A stretch of DNA of 64,000 bases from Selaginella moellendorffii (lineage: Eukaryota; Plantae; Lycopodiophyta): contig NW_003314341.1 in assembly GCF_000143415.4 (NCBI RefSeq), forward strand, positions 522,394 through 586,393, written 5' to 3'. The position numbers and the translations under genes were made by a program. This document shows positions 26,047 through 38,861 of the stretch, one piece after another. The notes under the pieces were generated by a model. The model searched no databases, was not told where the DNA came from, and worked only from the letters and a program-made list of their open reading frames with translations. Each line of letters opens with the position of its first letter. The stretch's first letter is position 1.

Positions 26047-27230
26047 ACAAAGACGCTCCCTGTAAACAAAAAAGAAAAAAAGAAAAAAATGATCGCTAGT
26101 GCTTTAATTCCTTGTCAAGCAAGCCGTGGAGCTTAGTGCCACTGGGATTCCTGCCAGTGCTCCAAAAGCATCAGATCGATCGTAGAACCTTTTTCCTTTT
26201 GCTAAAACCAGATTTGCGAGTTTAGAGTTTGCTCATTGATAACATAAGTTTCCAGATCACCCAAGACGAACAGTCAGAACTCCTTCCTGGAAAAATCACA
26301 GCGCTGTCTGTAGAAAAGAAAAGGGACAAGCTGTCTGTGTCTAAGCCATCAATCGGGAGCTTCTCCCTGTAATACGTCAATCTTCTTTGGCAAATGATGA
26401 GCAATAAATCTCTAGTCTCTGAGCAACAATCTAGCCATCTGCCACTCATCCTCTCGATCAAATAATGATTTAATTTTCTTAAAAAAAAGAAGATAGAAAG
26501 ACCTTATCATTATATTTTTTATATAACTAGAAGCTTGACAAATGGATGAAGCAAATGTGAAAGATGGTAAGTTTTTCTTTTGAAAAGTTTTTACTTTTTA
26601 GTTGATATTAAATAATAGTCTAGTTTTCTTATTTCTCAAAAAAAGTTCTTTAACTTGTATAAACATTTTAAAAAAACATTTATTAAAATAATTTACTAAT
26701 GAAAGTTAATAAGTGAGTTTGTATGTATTTAAATTAACATGAGTGTATGAGTGTCATATATAAACAAAGTTAAAATGTAGTAATTATCCTTTCAACTCTA
26801 TTTTATAAAATTCTAAAATCTTAGATAATATAAAAAATATACAGCATAATATTATTAATAAAAAATTTATGTAAGAATGTAAATTGTATACAAGTGATTT
26901 TCTAAAGACCGTAATATATCTTTAATTCATGCTTGAAAAATTAATTCACAACAACTTTTAAAAAAAATTCAAAACTTTAATTTTATTATGAAAAAATATT
27001 TATTTAGTTTGATAGCTAAATCATTAATAAATTATACCCTGTGAATAAAATAGTTTATTTGTATTTTTTCATTTACATCCTTAGTGTTTAATTCCTCATT
27101 TCCAGTTTTGGATTTCTATAATTCAAGATTGAAATATTTTAAATAGAAGTATTATTGTAAAAAAATAATAATAATATTTTAAAAAAATATTTATAATAGT
27201 TATTTTTATTTTTGAAATAAAATATAGGAT

Positions 27231-28686
27231 TGTGAGTGTATGGAATATGGAAATAAAATATAAAAATATGCATATCAATTAGCCCAAAAACCCTAGCTTA
27301 TATACAAAAGCAAGTGTATAGCCATTGCCATAAAGAATGAAAACTAGCTCTACTGCATGACTTAAACATAAGTGGCAACAGATTAAACAATAGAAAATAA
27401 ACTCTAGCCTATATTAACCAACACAAAAAGAATAATAAAAAATCTTTTGTTATACTAATGAATTTGGAAAGTAAACACTAAATGAATTAATGCTAAGTGA
27501 ACCCCTTGATACTACTCCCAAAAGAAAGATGAAGGAGTCACTAACTTATTTGCACAAGATCCCTCCACTAAACGTATGACTTCTCATTTCCCAAAAGCAT
27601 TTTGATGTCTAAACCTTCCACTGTAGCAGCACCAATAAAACATTGTTGATGCCAAGATTTCCACCTAGGAAATGGAAGTTGCCAATACAGAAAACACCGA
27701 TAATGCCAATAAGTGTGATCAACTTTATCATACACTTAATAGCAAACATCATGGCCACGACCATATCCTTGCCATTATCCTTGAACTTGGGTAGTAGCAA
27801 CATCAACCTCCATTAAAATAAATCCATCTCTCATAAGAAGTGGAGTTGAAGGACATGTAGCAAGAAGTGGAAAGGTGATGTTTTATAATGTTATGCTAAA
27901 TGAAAAACACCATTAAAGGTGTTAAAAAAGTGTATGCACAAGTCCTATAAGATTTTGACAAAGTGTTGGCCATAATATTCCCAATTTGATCTACATTGAC
28001 ATATTTGGCTCCATACAAAACAAAAGGCTTTGGAAATGAATACTAAATTACATCTTTTACTCAAATGGACCTTGACGAAAACAATGCAATTGTTGAAAGG
28101 TATCACAATTGTCAATATGTCCAAATGCACATTTGAAGACATTTGGGAAAATGCACTAATCCTCATGAGTGGCTGTGCAATGTTATCCTCTAGAAACACA
28201 TGGGAAATTCACGCAAACACCGAGCATCATCCTAAGAATGATATGTGGCAATCACCATAAAATGATTAAATAAATAATACACATCATCTTCAGAATTCCC
28301 ACAGAAGAACTCTGGCCGGATGCAAGGATTGGCAATAAGAGAAGGAGGAGTTATACCATGCATTGTGAATACACCATCAACTGAGTTTGATTATTTAATT
28401 GCAATCGTATAATATAGAGCAATTGCACTAATTGCTACTCTAAAGTCAAAGGAGGAGGAGGCTACTGCTCTACCATGAAAATGAATGAAAAAGAAAAGAA
28501 ATTGAAAAACCTATAAAAAAAAAAAGGAGATTTAGACAATGCAAAAGTTAGATCTAAAGTAGAATCTTAAATCCAAGCACTCTTTAGGGACAATTAAAAT
28601 TGCCCCTCATCTCCACCAATGTGAGTGTATGGAATATGGAGATGGAATATAGACACGGAATATGGAAATGGAATATAGAAATATAG

Positions 28687-28726
<40 letters not shown>

Positions 28727-28858
28727 TAATTAGCCCAAAAACTTTAGTTTATATATGAGAGTGAGTGGTCTACATTGAAACCAATATAATGGCTATCAAA
28801 ATCCCACTAAGTTAATATTTGTATATGGCATTGTAGCCATATGCACTTAAGCCTCACA
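27231..28858 (-). mobile_element. Internally deleted family-C gypsy copy (5' LTR 28620-28858, PBS, decayed gag/protease, LTR remnant 27231-~27305)
   Basis: LTR TGTGAGG...CACTCACA on the minus strand, followed by PBS TGGTGGAGATGAGGGG (tRNA-Ala-like). The body is the reverse complement of ~29280-30630. Confidence 0.75.
28690..28722. repeat. (TA)n microsatellite inside LTR
   Basis: Directly visible. Confidence 0.9.
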
Positions 28859-29017
28859 GAATTAAATTATTATAGATTAAAATTATTATGATTAAATTAA
28901 AACTATTGTTTATCTATGAATATAATTTGTAGAAATGTAGAATATAATAATTTTACAAATTAAATCCTTAACCTTACTAATTAATAAGAATATGTTATAA
29001 TCAATTCAGACTTTTAT

Positions 29018-29063
29018 ATTATTATTATTATTATTATTGTTGTTGTTGTTATTGTTGTTGTTA
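29018..29063. repeat. (TTA)n(TTG)n microsatellite
   Basis: Directly visible. Confidence 0.9.
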
Positions 29064-32000
29064 CTAATATTATAATTAATAATTAGTAATAATAAAAATG
29101 TTATGATAGCTATGATGCCGTATACTAATATTAGCGTAATGGGATTTTGGTAGCCATTGAATTGGTTTCAATCTGGACCACTCGCTCCTGTATATAAACT
29201 AGGGTTTTTGGGCTAATTGATATATATATATTTTTATATTCTATTTCCATATTCTATACACTCACATTGGTGGAGGTGAGAGGTTGTTTTGATTGTCTCT
29301 GAGGAGTGTTTGGATTTGGGATTTTGTTATAGATCTAACTTTCTTACTATCTAGATCTTCTTTTCCTTATAGTTTTTCAATTTCTTCTCTTTTACTTTTT
29401 TTTTTCCTTTTTGTTCATTTTCATGGCAAAAGAGCAACCTCCTCCTCCTTTTACTCTAGAGCACCAATGGGTGCAATGCTCAATGCTATATAATTGTAGT
29501 TGAACAATAAACTCAGTTGATGGCAGCATTCACAAGACGTGATACAATGCCTCCTGCTCTTGCTGCCAATGCTCGAGTCCAGTTAGAGTTCTTCCATAGG
29601 AATTCTAAGGATGATATGTACCATTGGTTCAATCATTTCACGGTGATTGTCACATATCATTCTTGGGATGATATTCGATGTTTGCATGAGTTTCTCACGT
29701 GTCTCTAAGGGATGTCTCCAAGGGATAACATTGAATGGTACAATGGTTTGAATGTAGCCACTTGTCAAGATTAGAGCATTTTCTTGGATGTTTTCAAATA
29801 CATATTTGGATATATTAATGATTGTGATAATGCCTTTTAACAATTACATCATTTTTGTCAAGGGCCATCTGAATCCATGATGCAATTTGGCATTCATTTC
29901 AGAAACTTTTTGCTTCGTGCGGAGCCAAATATATTAAAGCAGATCAAGTTGGGAATGTTGTGGCTAGCACTTTGTTAAAATCTTGTAAGACTTGTACATG
30001 CACTTGCTCTACCACCCTTGATAATGCTCTTTGCTTGGCAACAATGAGATGTTGTCTCTTCCATATCTCAGTACACATTCTTCAACTCCACTTTCCATAG
30101 GAGATGGTCAAATGGATGTTGATGTTGTTGGTACTCGAGTTCAAGGACAAGGGTGAGGACGTGGTTGTGGCCGTGATATCCACTGCTGGGCATATGATGA
30201 AGTTGGTCATACTTATTGATATTATCAGCATTTTCCAGATTGGCAACTTCCATTTATTGGGTGGAGATCTTGATGTCAACAACGTCCTGTTAGTGATGTT
30301 GTAGTGGAAGGTCTAGACACTAAGATGCTTTCAGAAAATAAAGAATTGTGTGCTTAGTGGAGGGACTTTGCGCAAATAAATTAGTGACCCCTCTATCTTT
30401 TTTTTGGGAGTAACATCAAGGGGCTCACTTGGCACTAGTTCATCTAATGTTTACTTTTCAAACTTGTTTTTATAACAAAAAGTCTTCTATTCTTCTTTCT
30501 GTATTGGTTAATATAGACTTGAGTTTATCTTTTGTTGCTTGGCTTGTTGCCACACATTGCCGTTTACATTTGCGTCGTGTAGCAAAGCCAATTTTCATTC
30601 TTTATGGCAATGGCCATACACACGCATGTGCAAAGGATGAAGTGGACTTGGTTGTGTGTATGGGCGGTCTCAAGTTTGAGTTGCAGTCATTGTAGGTAAT
30701 GCCAAGTTAAGCTTTTGACCTCATCCTTAGTATAGATTAGTTGTGGCGCAATCATACCAAGAGTGACTTTGAGGTTTTTCCCCTTTGCTTCATACTTCTT
30801 TATATCTTTTCCATTCCTTTCACTTTTATTCTTTTTCATCCTTTTGCTTTTACTTTTAGAGATTGAAAAAGAGAAGAAAGGAAAAAGATGGAAATATAAA
30901 AATAAGTAATGATCTTTATGTTGTAGCAGTTGACCAACTCATGAAAGAATATGCCGATCTCTTTGAATTTGACATATTGTCTGGTGCTAAGATTGTAACA
31001 CGTCATCCTATTCCAATTGGAGATGCTTGCCCAATCAAGGTTTTTGTTTATCGTCGGTCACCCAAAAAAGTCAAGATTTTACGTGCAAATATTAAGAAAA
31101 TGTTGGAAAAGGGTGTTATTCAAAAGTTGCAGAGTCCTTAGGCTTATGAACCTCATCTTATGATGAAGCTTAATAGAAGTATTCATTTCTACATTAATTA
31201 TCATTCATTAAATGAAGTGACAATTTTGGATATGTACCCTCTTCCTCACACTGCTGATCTTTTGGATCATCTAAGGAGAAGTCGTTGGTTCACCAAGTTA
31301 GATTTTACTTTTGGTTACTGGCAAGTACTGATGGCTGAAGACAATATTCCCAAGACTACTTTTCATATATTGTTTGGTTTCTATAAGTTCTTGGCAATGC
31401 CATTTGGTTTGATCAATGCTTTAGCAACTTTCCAGTGGATGATAGACAAGGTTCTTTGCGATATGCCAGAAGTGACTACTAACTTCATCAAAGATGTCTT
31501 GATCCACTCAAAAGGGATGTGGGAAGAATACGTCTGTGATGTTTCTAAGGTGTTAGATCAACTTCAGGAAGTTGGTTTAAAGCTAAAGCAATCAAAGTGC
31601 ATGTTTGGATCCAAGGATATGATTTATCTTGGATACTGTATTTCTCATAAGGGTTTGCAAGTTAATCTTGAAAAGCTTGTAACTGTTCTAAAGTTTCTTA
31701 CTCTGAAGTGTGTGAATGATGTGCAACAATTCCTCGGCAAAGTGCAGTATCTTGGTTATTTTGTTGATCATCTTTTTGATTGCAGTGCACTGTTGCAAGC
31801 ATTGCTGAAGTCATCAACATTATATTTATTTGGTCTACAGACTACAAGTGAACATTTGCAGATCTTAAAGAGCTATTGACAACTCCTCCAATTTTGGCAT
31901 ATCTTGACTATACTTGACCTTTCATTTTGCACATAAATGCTTCTAACATTAGTCTTGAAGGTGTGTAAGAGAGCTCGAGTGTGCCTGATTAGCGCCATCC

Positions 32001-35000
32001 TATTGCATATATCAACTATATATTATAACCAGTGGAGGTGAAATACTCCACGACAAAGAAGGAGTGTTTAGTAGTAGTTTGGGATTTCAAGAAACTTCAT
32101 GCATATCTACATGGTTCTCAGACATTACTAGAAGGTGATCATACTGCAGTTACTTCATTATTGAAGTGGAAGAACTTAATTGGTCATATTGCTCGGTGGG
32201 CTTTGAAACTTTAAATATATGATTTTGATGTTGTTCATTGCTCAGGGAGTCCTATATATAATGTTGATGCCCTTTCTCGAGCTCTTTTTCCTTCTTCACT
32301 CTCTTATCATATTTTTAACGAATCTATTGCTCCCACATCTGTGGAGTTTTTGGATGAAGATTCCATGCCATCAGTGGTTGCTATATTTGATATTTAGTGT
32401 GTCCATAAGGTGCAAAACAAGATTTACCTTTTTTTGATGAGGTGCACACCTTTTTGGGATTTACATTCTCAATATCACCTTGAGGATGGTCTTCTTTATT
32501 TTGTGGGGATGGATCCTGATGATCATTTATGGCTAGTGGTGCCTTCGATCTTTATTCCACGCTTTTTCCATACCTACCATGATTTTTCTGTTTTAGATGG
32601 GCATATAGGACATTGTCATATGACCGAGAAGTTGTATAGGTCTTTTTATTAGCTAAAAATGTGACATGATGTTATTCAGTATGTGCATAGCTGCATTTAG
32701 TGCCAAGCTCTTACTACTCCCCTTCATGTTACGGAAGGATGGTTAGAGTCAATTGCAATTTCCCATCCATTTAAATTGGTTTACTGTTGGTAATGAATAT
32801 ATCATTATTTCTTCTAACTACTTGACTTGTTGGGTGGAAGTTGGCATTCTTACTAGTGCATCTGCCGCTGTTGTTGGTTAATTCCTCCTCAATTGAGTGA
32901 TGTTCCAATATTCCTATTCAAAGTGGATTCTTTTGGATAATTATCCCATATTTATTCTGAGGCTTTTTATGTTTTGACATCTCAATTAGGGATACGCCAC
33001 ACTTTCATGAGTATTTATTATCCACAGTTAGATAGTTAGGTGGAATGGCTCATTCAAACCTTTAAAGAGATAATTGGAAAGTACGTGAACTTTCAACATT
33101 CAGATTAAAATGGTTATTCGCTATCTCTTCAGTATGCATATTGTGAGACACAAAATCCTTAGGCCCCAAAGTGGAGCTAGAAGTGTGCCATGAGGTAGTG
33201 GCCAAAGCAAAAGCCAAATGAACGTGACACGTTTGGACCAAAAGCTTCGACTTGAAAGGTTGAGAGCGGGAGTGGAACTCCCAACTAAATGCTCAAAGAA
33301 CAAGCATGAAGCAAGCAATAAGCGAGGCTCCAAAAAGGGACCCAAAAGGACCAACATATGACACGTGGAAGTGTCCGAGATGGAATCTGAGATGGAGTCC
33401 GAGATGGAGTCTGAGATGGAGTCCAAGATGGAGTCCGAGATGGATCCGAGATGGACCCAAGATGGAGTCCGAGATGGACCGAGATGGAGTCTGAGATGGA
33501 CCCGAGATGGAGTCCAAGATGGACCCAAGATGGAGTCCAAGATGGACCCGAGATGGAGTCTTAGATGGAGTTCGAGATAGACCCGAGATGGAGTCCGAGA
33601 TGGACCCGAGATGGAGTCCGAGATGGAGTCCGAGATGGAGTCCGAGATGGATCCGAGATGGAATCCAAGATGGAGTCCGAGAAGGACCTGAGATGGCGTC
33701 TGAAGTCGAGACCGAGACCGAGACCGAGACTGAGACCGAGACTGAGACCGAGACCAAGGCCGAGGCCGAGATCGAGCCCGAGCCCAAGTCCGAGTCCGAG
33801 TTCGAGTCTGAGAGGGTGAAAGCCCAAAGCGTTCGTCTCCCAAACCCTGGGGGGTTTGGTGAGCTCCAAAAGTATAGTAGGGGGAGGACTCTAGTGGAGC
33901 CAATTTGGCCAGGAAAGGCTAGTTTGGACCAGGAAGGCTGCACCCAGGTGTTGGGTGATGGGATAACCACTGGGAAGTCCAAGACTAGAGTGAATACAGA
34001 CTGGCAAGCGGGGTAGCTTGGTGAAGTGTTCAAGAGCTGGCTCTAGTTCCCCCGGGAGATCGAATGGTCGATGCTCCCAGTCCAAGTGTAAGTGGCACTA
34101 CCTACTTGGATACCTGGCGTGGCTCAACGAAACCTCGCTCTAAGCCCATGGCTAGCACCAAAAGGCAGAAGGTGGGGAAAGTACCCATGAGGCTTGTGTA
34201 AGGCCACTATATTCCAAAATGTGGTCCTAAAGTCCTTGACTATGGAAAGGAAGAGGAAGTGGTCCTCTGGTGTAGTGACCAATGATACAGTCATGTGTTG
34301 AGGAAGTCCTAAAGGACAATGGGACTTAGTGGTCAAGCCTAAGGGCCCTGCCTTAGTGGCAGTGTTGGCGAACATGGTCATGGGTAGAAAAGGGACTTGG
34401 TGGGGACTACAAAAGGGATATTGGGGAAGGCTGTTCCCCATATTTGCGGGCATCTTAAGGATGCTAAGGAGTGGATCTTGGATGGTCACTCTTGGACAGA
34501 TGGCCCAATTCTTGAGAGATAGGACTACGATGCAGGTGGTGTTGGACCACCTGTGTGACCAAGGTGAAGGGGTATGGCCTTAGCGTAACAGGCTATTATG
34601 TCGGTGGTACCTTGGGGTGTCGATCTTGGGACCGGACACATGGAGCACTTGGACCAAGTGCAACGGTTGAGTGGCACGGATGCCATTCTTAGGGCTAGCA
34701 AGTCCCAAGTTCAAAATAGGACTTATGGAGGTTGTGAATGAGACTCCTTCAAGTGGTCAGAGGTGTGGTTAAGTGACTAAAATAGAATGGAAAATTTAGT
34801 CGCTTACAACTTGGTATCGGAGTTGTTCTTTAGTCTGACTTTTATTGGTGCTCAAGTATATCACCATTGATATTGGCATCAGAAGGTCCTAGGAGTGGGC
34901 CTATCCTTGAGGAGTAGCAGGTCGGGAAGACATGGCTCTCCACTTCGTGTGTGAACTTGTAGGTGAGGTGGTGGATAAAAAAGGGTCAATAATGGAACAA

Positions 35001-37619
35001 CTTTAGGATCTTGGGAACAGTATAAGGGTTTCCTTAGAGAGTTGAGGATATGATTTAGATGAGTATTTGACGTAGCCAACTCGCTAATGTAATTGTGGTA
35101 AACAACTATAGTTGGGATCACATGGAAGATAGAGACTCCAAAGCAATAAAGGAGTCACAAGATTATCCTCATATAGTTGAGGTTGGTGCTCATAAATGTG
35201 AGATCAGAAGTAATGATCGCAGGAGGTCAAATACGGAAAAGGACACGAGTTCTTGAAATGGTAGCCAGAGCTACCTCTAATAAATGCTAGAACAACCCAA
35301 AGAGTTGGGAGTGTACTTAGAGGATGAGTTGGTATTCTCATCACATGGACAAGTGGTCCTAAGGGGTAAAAGGTTGCCCCAAGAGAACAAATCAAGTGTC
35401 AGAATAACACTTGCAAAGATGGTTCTTGTGAGTAGGACTTGAATACAAGAAATTGTATTCCAGTGAACTGGCACCTCAAAGGTACGACCTCATGGGTCGT
35501 CAGATGACAAAGTCCAAAAAGCTAGATGACTCAAATAGAGTCAAGGAATAATCCTAAAGGATTGATTGATGGAAGCATTTGGACTGAGGTGTGTTGTACC
35601 CCACGAAGGATGGGGGGATTATAGGATCCAAGGATGAGAACAGAGGGTATCTCATTGATAGCAGAATGGTCCATGCTAAAGTCGTGGGAAAAGTGTTCCC
35701 AAAAAAAGAAAGCAACTTTGGCATAGAGTTGTGTATGAACACTATGGTGTAGTGCTAATCGATAGTTGGCATGAGAAACACTATATTGGTCTTGGCAAAG
35801 ACCTAGACACTAATAAGTAATGTCATAAAAATAGGCTTATGGAGCCGATGGTGTGGAAAGACCAAATATGCCAAATTGTGATACCTTGAGGTTATATTGG
35901 TGGGTTCATGAGAACCCCTTACCAAGGGAATCCCAATAGAAACGGGAATGGCATAGCCTAAACTAAAAGGCATGTGGTTGGAGTGTGGTGACCCAGATAA
36001 TGATGAAGGTGTGGAAACACCAAGCAATGAGTTGTAGGACTTGACAACTATGGGGCAACTAAGCAAGAAGTGCAAGATAATATGTTAAACGGGTAGAAGG
36101 TAGCCACCCAAGATTTCTTAATGGCATAAGGAAGTGAGATATACCCTTACGGGGGATAAATTGCTTATGTTGCGATATAGTGAGTCAATGTCGAAAAAGG
36201 AAATGCTCATTGTCAAGGAGACCATCATTGGGACACCCAGACACTCTAGAACACTAGGAGGTGGTGTTTAGTGTCGCAAGGGCAATAGATAAAGCCCAAG
36301 GGACTAAGTCCCTAGCAAATGATGGATAGGAGATGCCATCCAAACGTCCAAGGTTGTGGAGATGGGAGGAATCTATCTACCCGATTTGGACAAAGCCAAA
36401 AATGGGATTTTGGCAAGGCTAATGATGGGCATATGTGTAAGGAACCGACTCCCCGAGATGTCGTAGGCTAAAGGATCCCCGAAAGCTTGACCGAAATGAT
36501 AAAGAGTTCATCAGATGGGACCGAGTCGAAGATCGAGTCCAAGACCAACTCTGAGACCAAGTTCGAGATAGAGTCCGGGATCGAGCCGAGGCCAAATCGG
36601 AGACCGAGATCGAGACCGAGTTCGAGACCGAGTTCGAGACGGAGTCCGAGATCCAAATCGGGTCCGAGACCGAGTCCGAGGTCGAGTCCGAAGTCGAGTT
36701 CGAGACCGAATCCGAAGTCGGGTCCGAGATCGAGTCCAAGATCGATTTTGAGACTAAGTCCACATACTAATACAGCTTAAGGGGTGAAAGCCCAAAGCGT
36801 GTGTCTCCCGAGGGGGGGGGGGGGGCTGCAGGGGGTTCCAAAAGTATAGTAGGGATAGTGAGGTCTAGGAACCAGTCTTGAAGGAACTCTCCAGTGGTGC
36901 TTCCAAACTGACTTGAGGTTGAGACTGGGGCCGAGGGGCCTTGGGTGGGAGTGAGCATGGGCTTGAGTGGTGCCGGAGGGGCCACCCAGGGAAGTGCTCA
37001 AGAACAGCTCCCACTCCCGAAAGGGAAACCGACTGCAGTGCTCTCAGATCATGTGGAGTGGTGCCCCACTTGAGTACCTTGTGGCTCATTGGTCCTCGCC
37101 CTTCCTAGGGGCTTGGGCCTTCCCTTCGGGATGGAAGTGGGGGGGTAGAGGTACCCATACCGGGCCATTAAGCCACGGTGTTTCGCCCCGACGTCCCGAA
37201 GCAAGTGCTGCACCCAAGGCTTGGGATTTAGAGGGTCCCATGATCAAGTCTTGTGGTACCAAGGGGTGTTAGGAATCTGGAGGCTTGGTGTGCTTGGCTG
37301 CTTGTGCCTACGGGGAGTGTAACTGAACCTTAAGTCTAGTCTAACCCGGGGAGGGGGATTGGGAGAGATTTGGGAATCCGTAGATGGAGGGCTAACACTC
37401 CGTTGCTCGTGCAGTGAGTAGCTGAAACCAAGTAGGACCAAGTAGGAGCTGGTACCATAGGCGAGAACCTTGGCGAGGGAACTTAGCACAAGCCAAGGTA
37501 GAGTTGGTCGGATAGACGAGGTAAGCTGGCAAATTGGAAAGGAAAAATTTGTGGCTTACAATTTGGTATCGGAGCCTCTTCCTCAGTTCTAGTGAAGGAT
37601 AGAGGCGGATTGTTGGGAG

Positions 37620-38861
37620 ATGGCAAGGGCGGGACGTAAGCGAACCCAGGCGGAGACGGAACCTCCTCCAGAGCTGGAGCCTCCAGTTGAACAGGAGGCT
37701 ATGGATGAGGAATCCTTGCATGAGGAGGACTCCAGTGAGGCAACTTCCAAACAGGAGTCTGGTGGTGAGGTTCGGTTGTCCAAGGCTTGATTGGACGTTC
37801 TAGAAGGACAATTGGTGCAGACCAATGCCCTGCTGGAGACTCTCGTACGCAAGCTAAAGCGTGATGAGAAGCGGAAGAAAAAGCGAAAGACTACGAATGC
37901 TGGCAGTGCAGAAGGTGTGGACCCTTCGGTAGGGACTGAGGTAGAACCAAACAAGGTCGAACAGACCGAAGTGGAATCAGTCCCTCAGGCAGTTCCCAAA
38001 TACAAACCAAAGCCCCCACCGGTTTTCAAGGGAGTGAATGACTATAAAGTGGTGGAGGATTGGTTTTATGATATGGAGGACTACTTCCGAGCGTTGCAAT
38101 TACCAAGCTCGGAGAAGGTCCCATGTGCAAAACCATACTTGGCAGATAATGCCAAGTCTTGGTGGAGAACGACAGAGGCCAACAAAGGACTAGTGGCTAC
38201 TTGGGAAATGATGAAGGTGAGGATCCGCGCAACTTAAGTTCCTCCGAATGCTACTCTGCATCTAAGGGACGAGTTGAGTAGGCTGAAGCAGACCGGAACC
38301 ATTCAGAAGTATGTGAATGGGTTTATGGCAAAGAGGATACTTGTCACGGACATAGGGGATATGGATGCGTTCCATGCCTTCATACCAGGTTTGCAAACTT
38401 GGGCTCGCGGTGAAGTGATGCGGTGGAACCCGACCAACTACAAGGAAGCGTTGGATGCGGCCATCAAGGTGCATTTCAACGATAACCTGCGAAAGGGGAA
38501 CACGACAGGGTCGGGATCCGCATTTAGCAAAGGGGCCAAACCAAGGGGAACGTTTAGCAGAGGGAAATTCAAGAAGAGTTTCTTTAAGAATGAGTCCTCG
38601 GGGTTCCGGAAAGGCAAATCTGGTGGCCAGCGAGCGAGTACATGGGGGAGTCAAGCGAAAAGAGACAAACCCATGGATAAGAAGGTCAAGTCGTATAGCA
38701 GCGTGGGAAACAACGTATGCTACAACTACGGTGAAGCGGGACACTTTTCCAGGGAATGTCCCTACTTGAAGAAGGCTAGAGCCAATATGGCCATCAAGTT
38801 GGGTCAAGTCCAAATTGAGGTATGTGATCCAGTCCCTAACTCAAAGTTCCTCATTACATGA
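37620..38861 (+). pseudogene. Chromovirus gag (two internal stops)
   Basis: PPVFKG...VEDWFYDMEDYF, LADNAKSWW, LKQTGTIQKY and a zinc knuckle CYNYGEAGHFSRECP. Confidence 0.9.

Noticed and set aside
26470-27230. Very AT-rich stretch
   Set aside because: No ORF, termini or repeat structure could be supported; probably heavily decayed repeat DNA.
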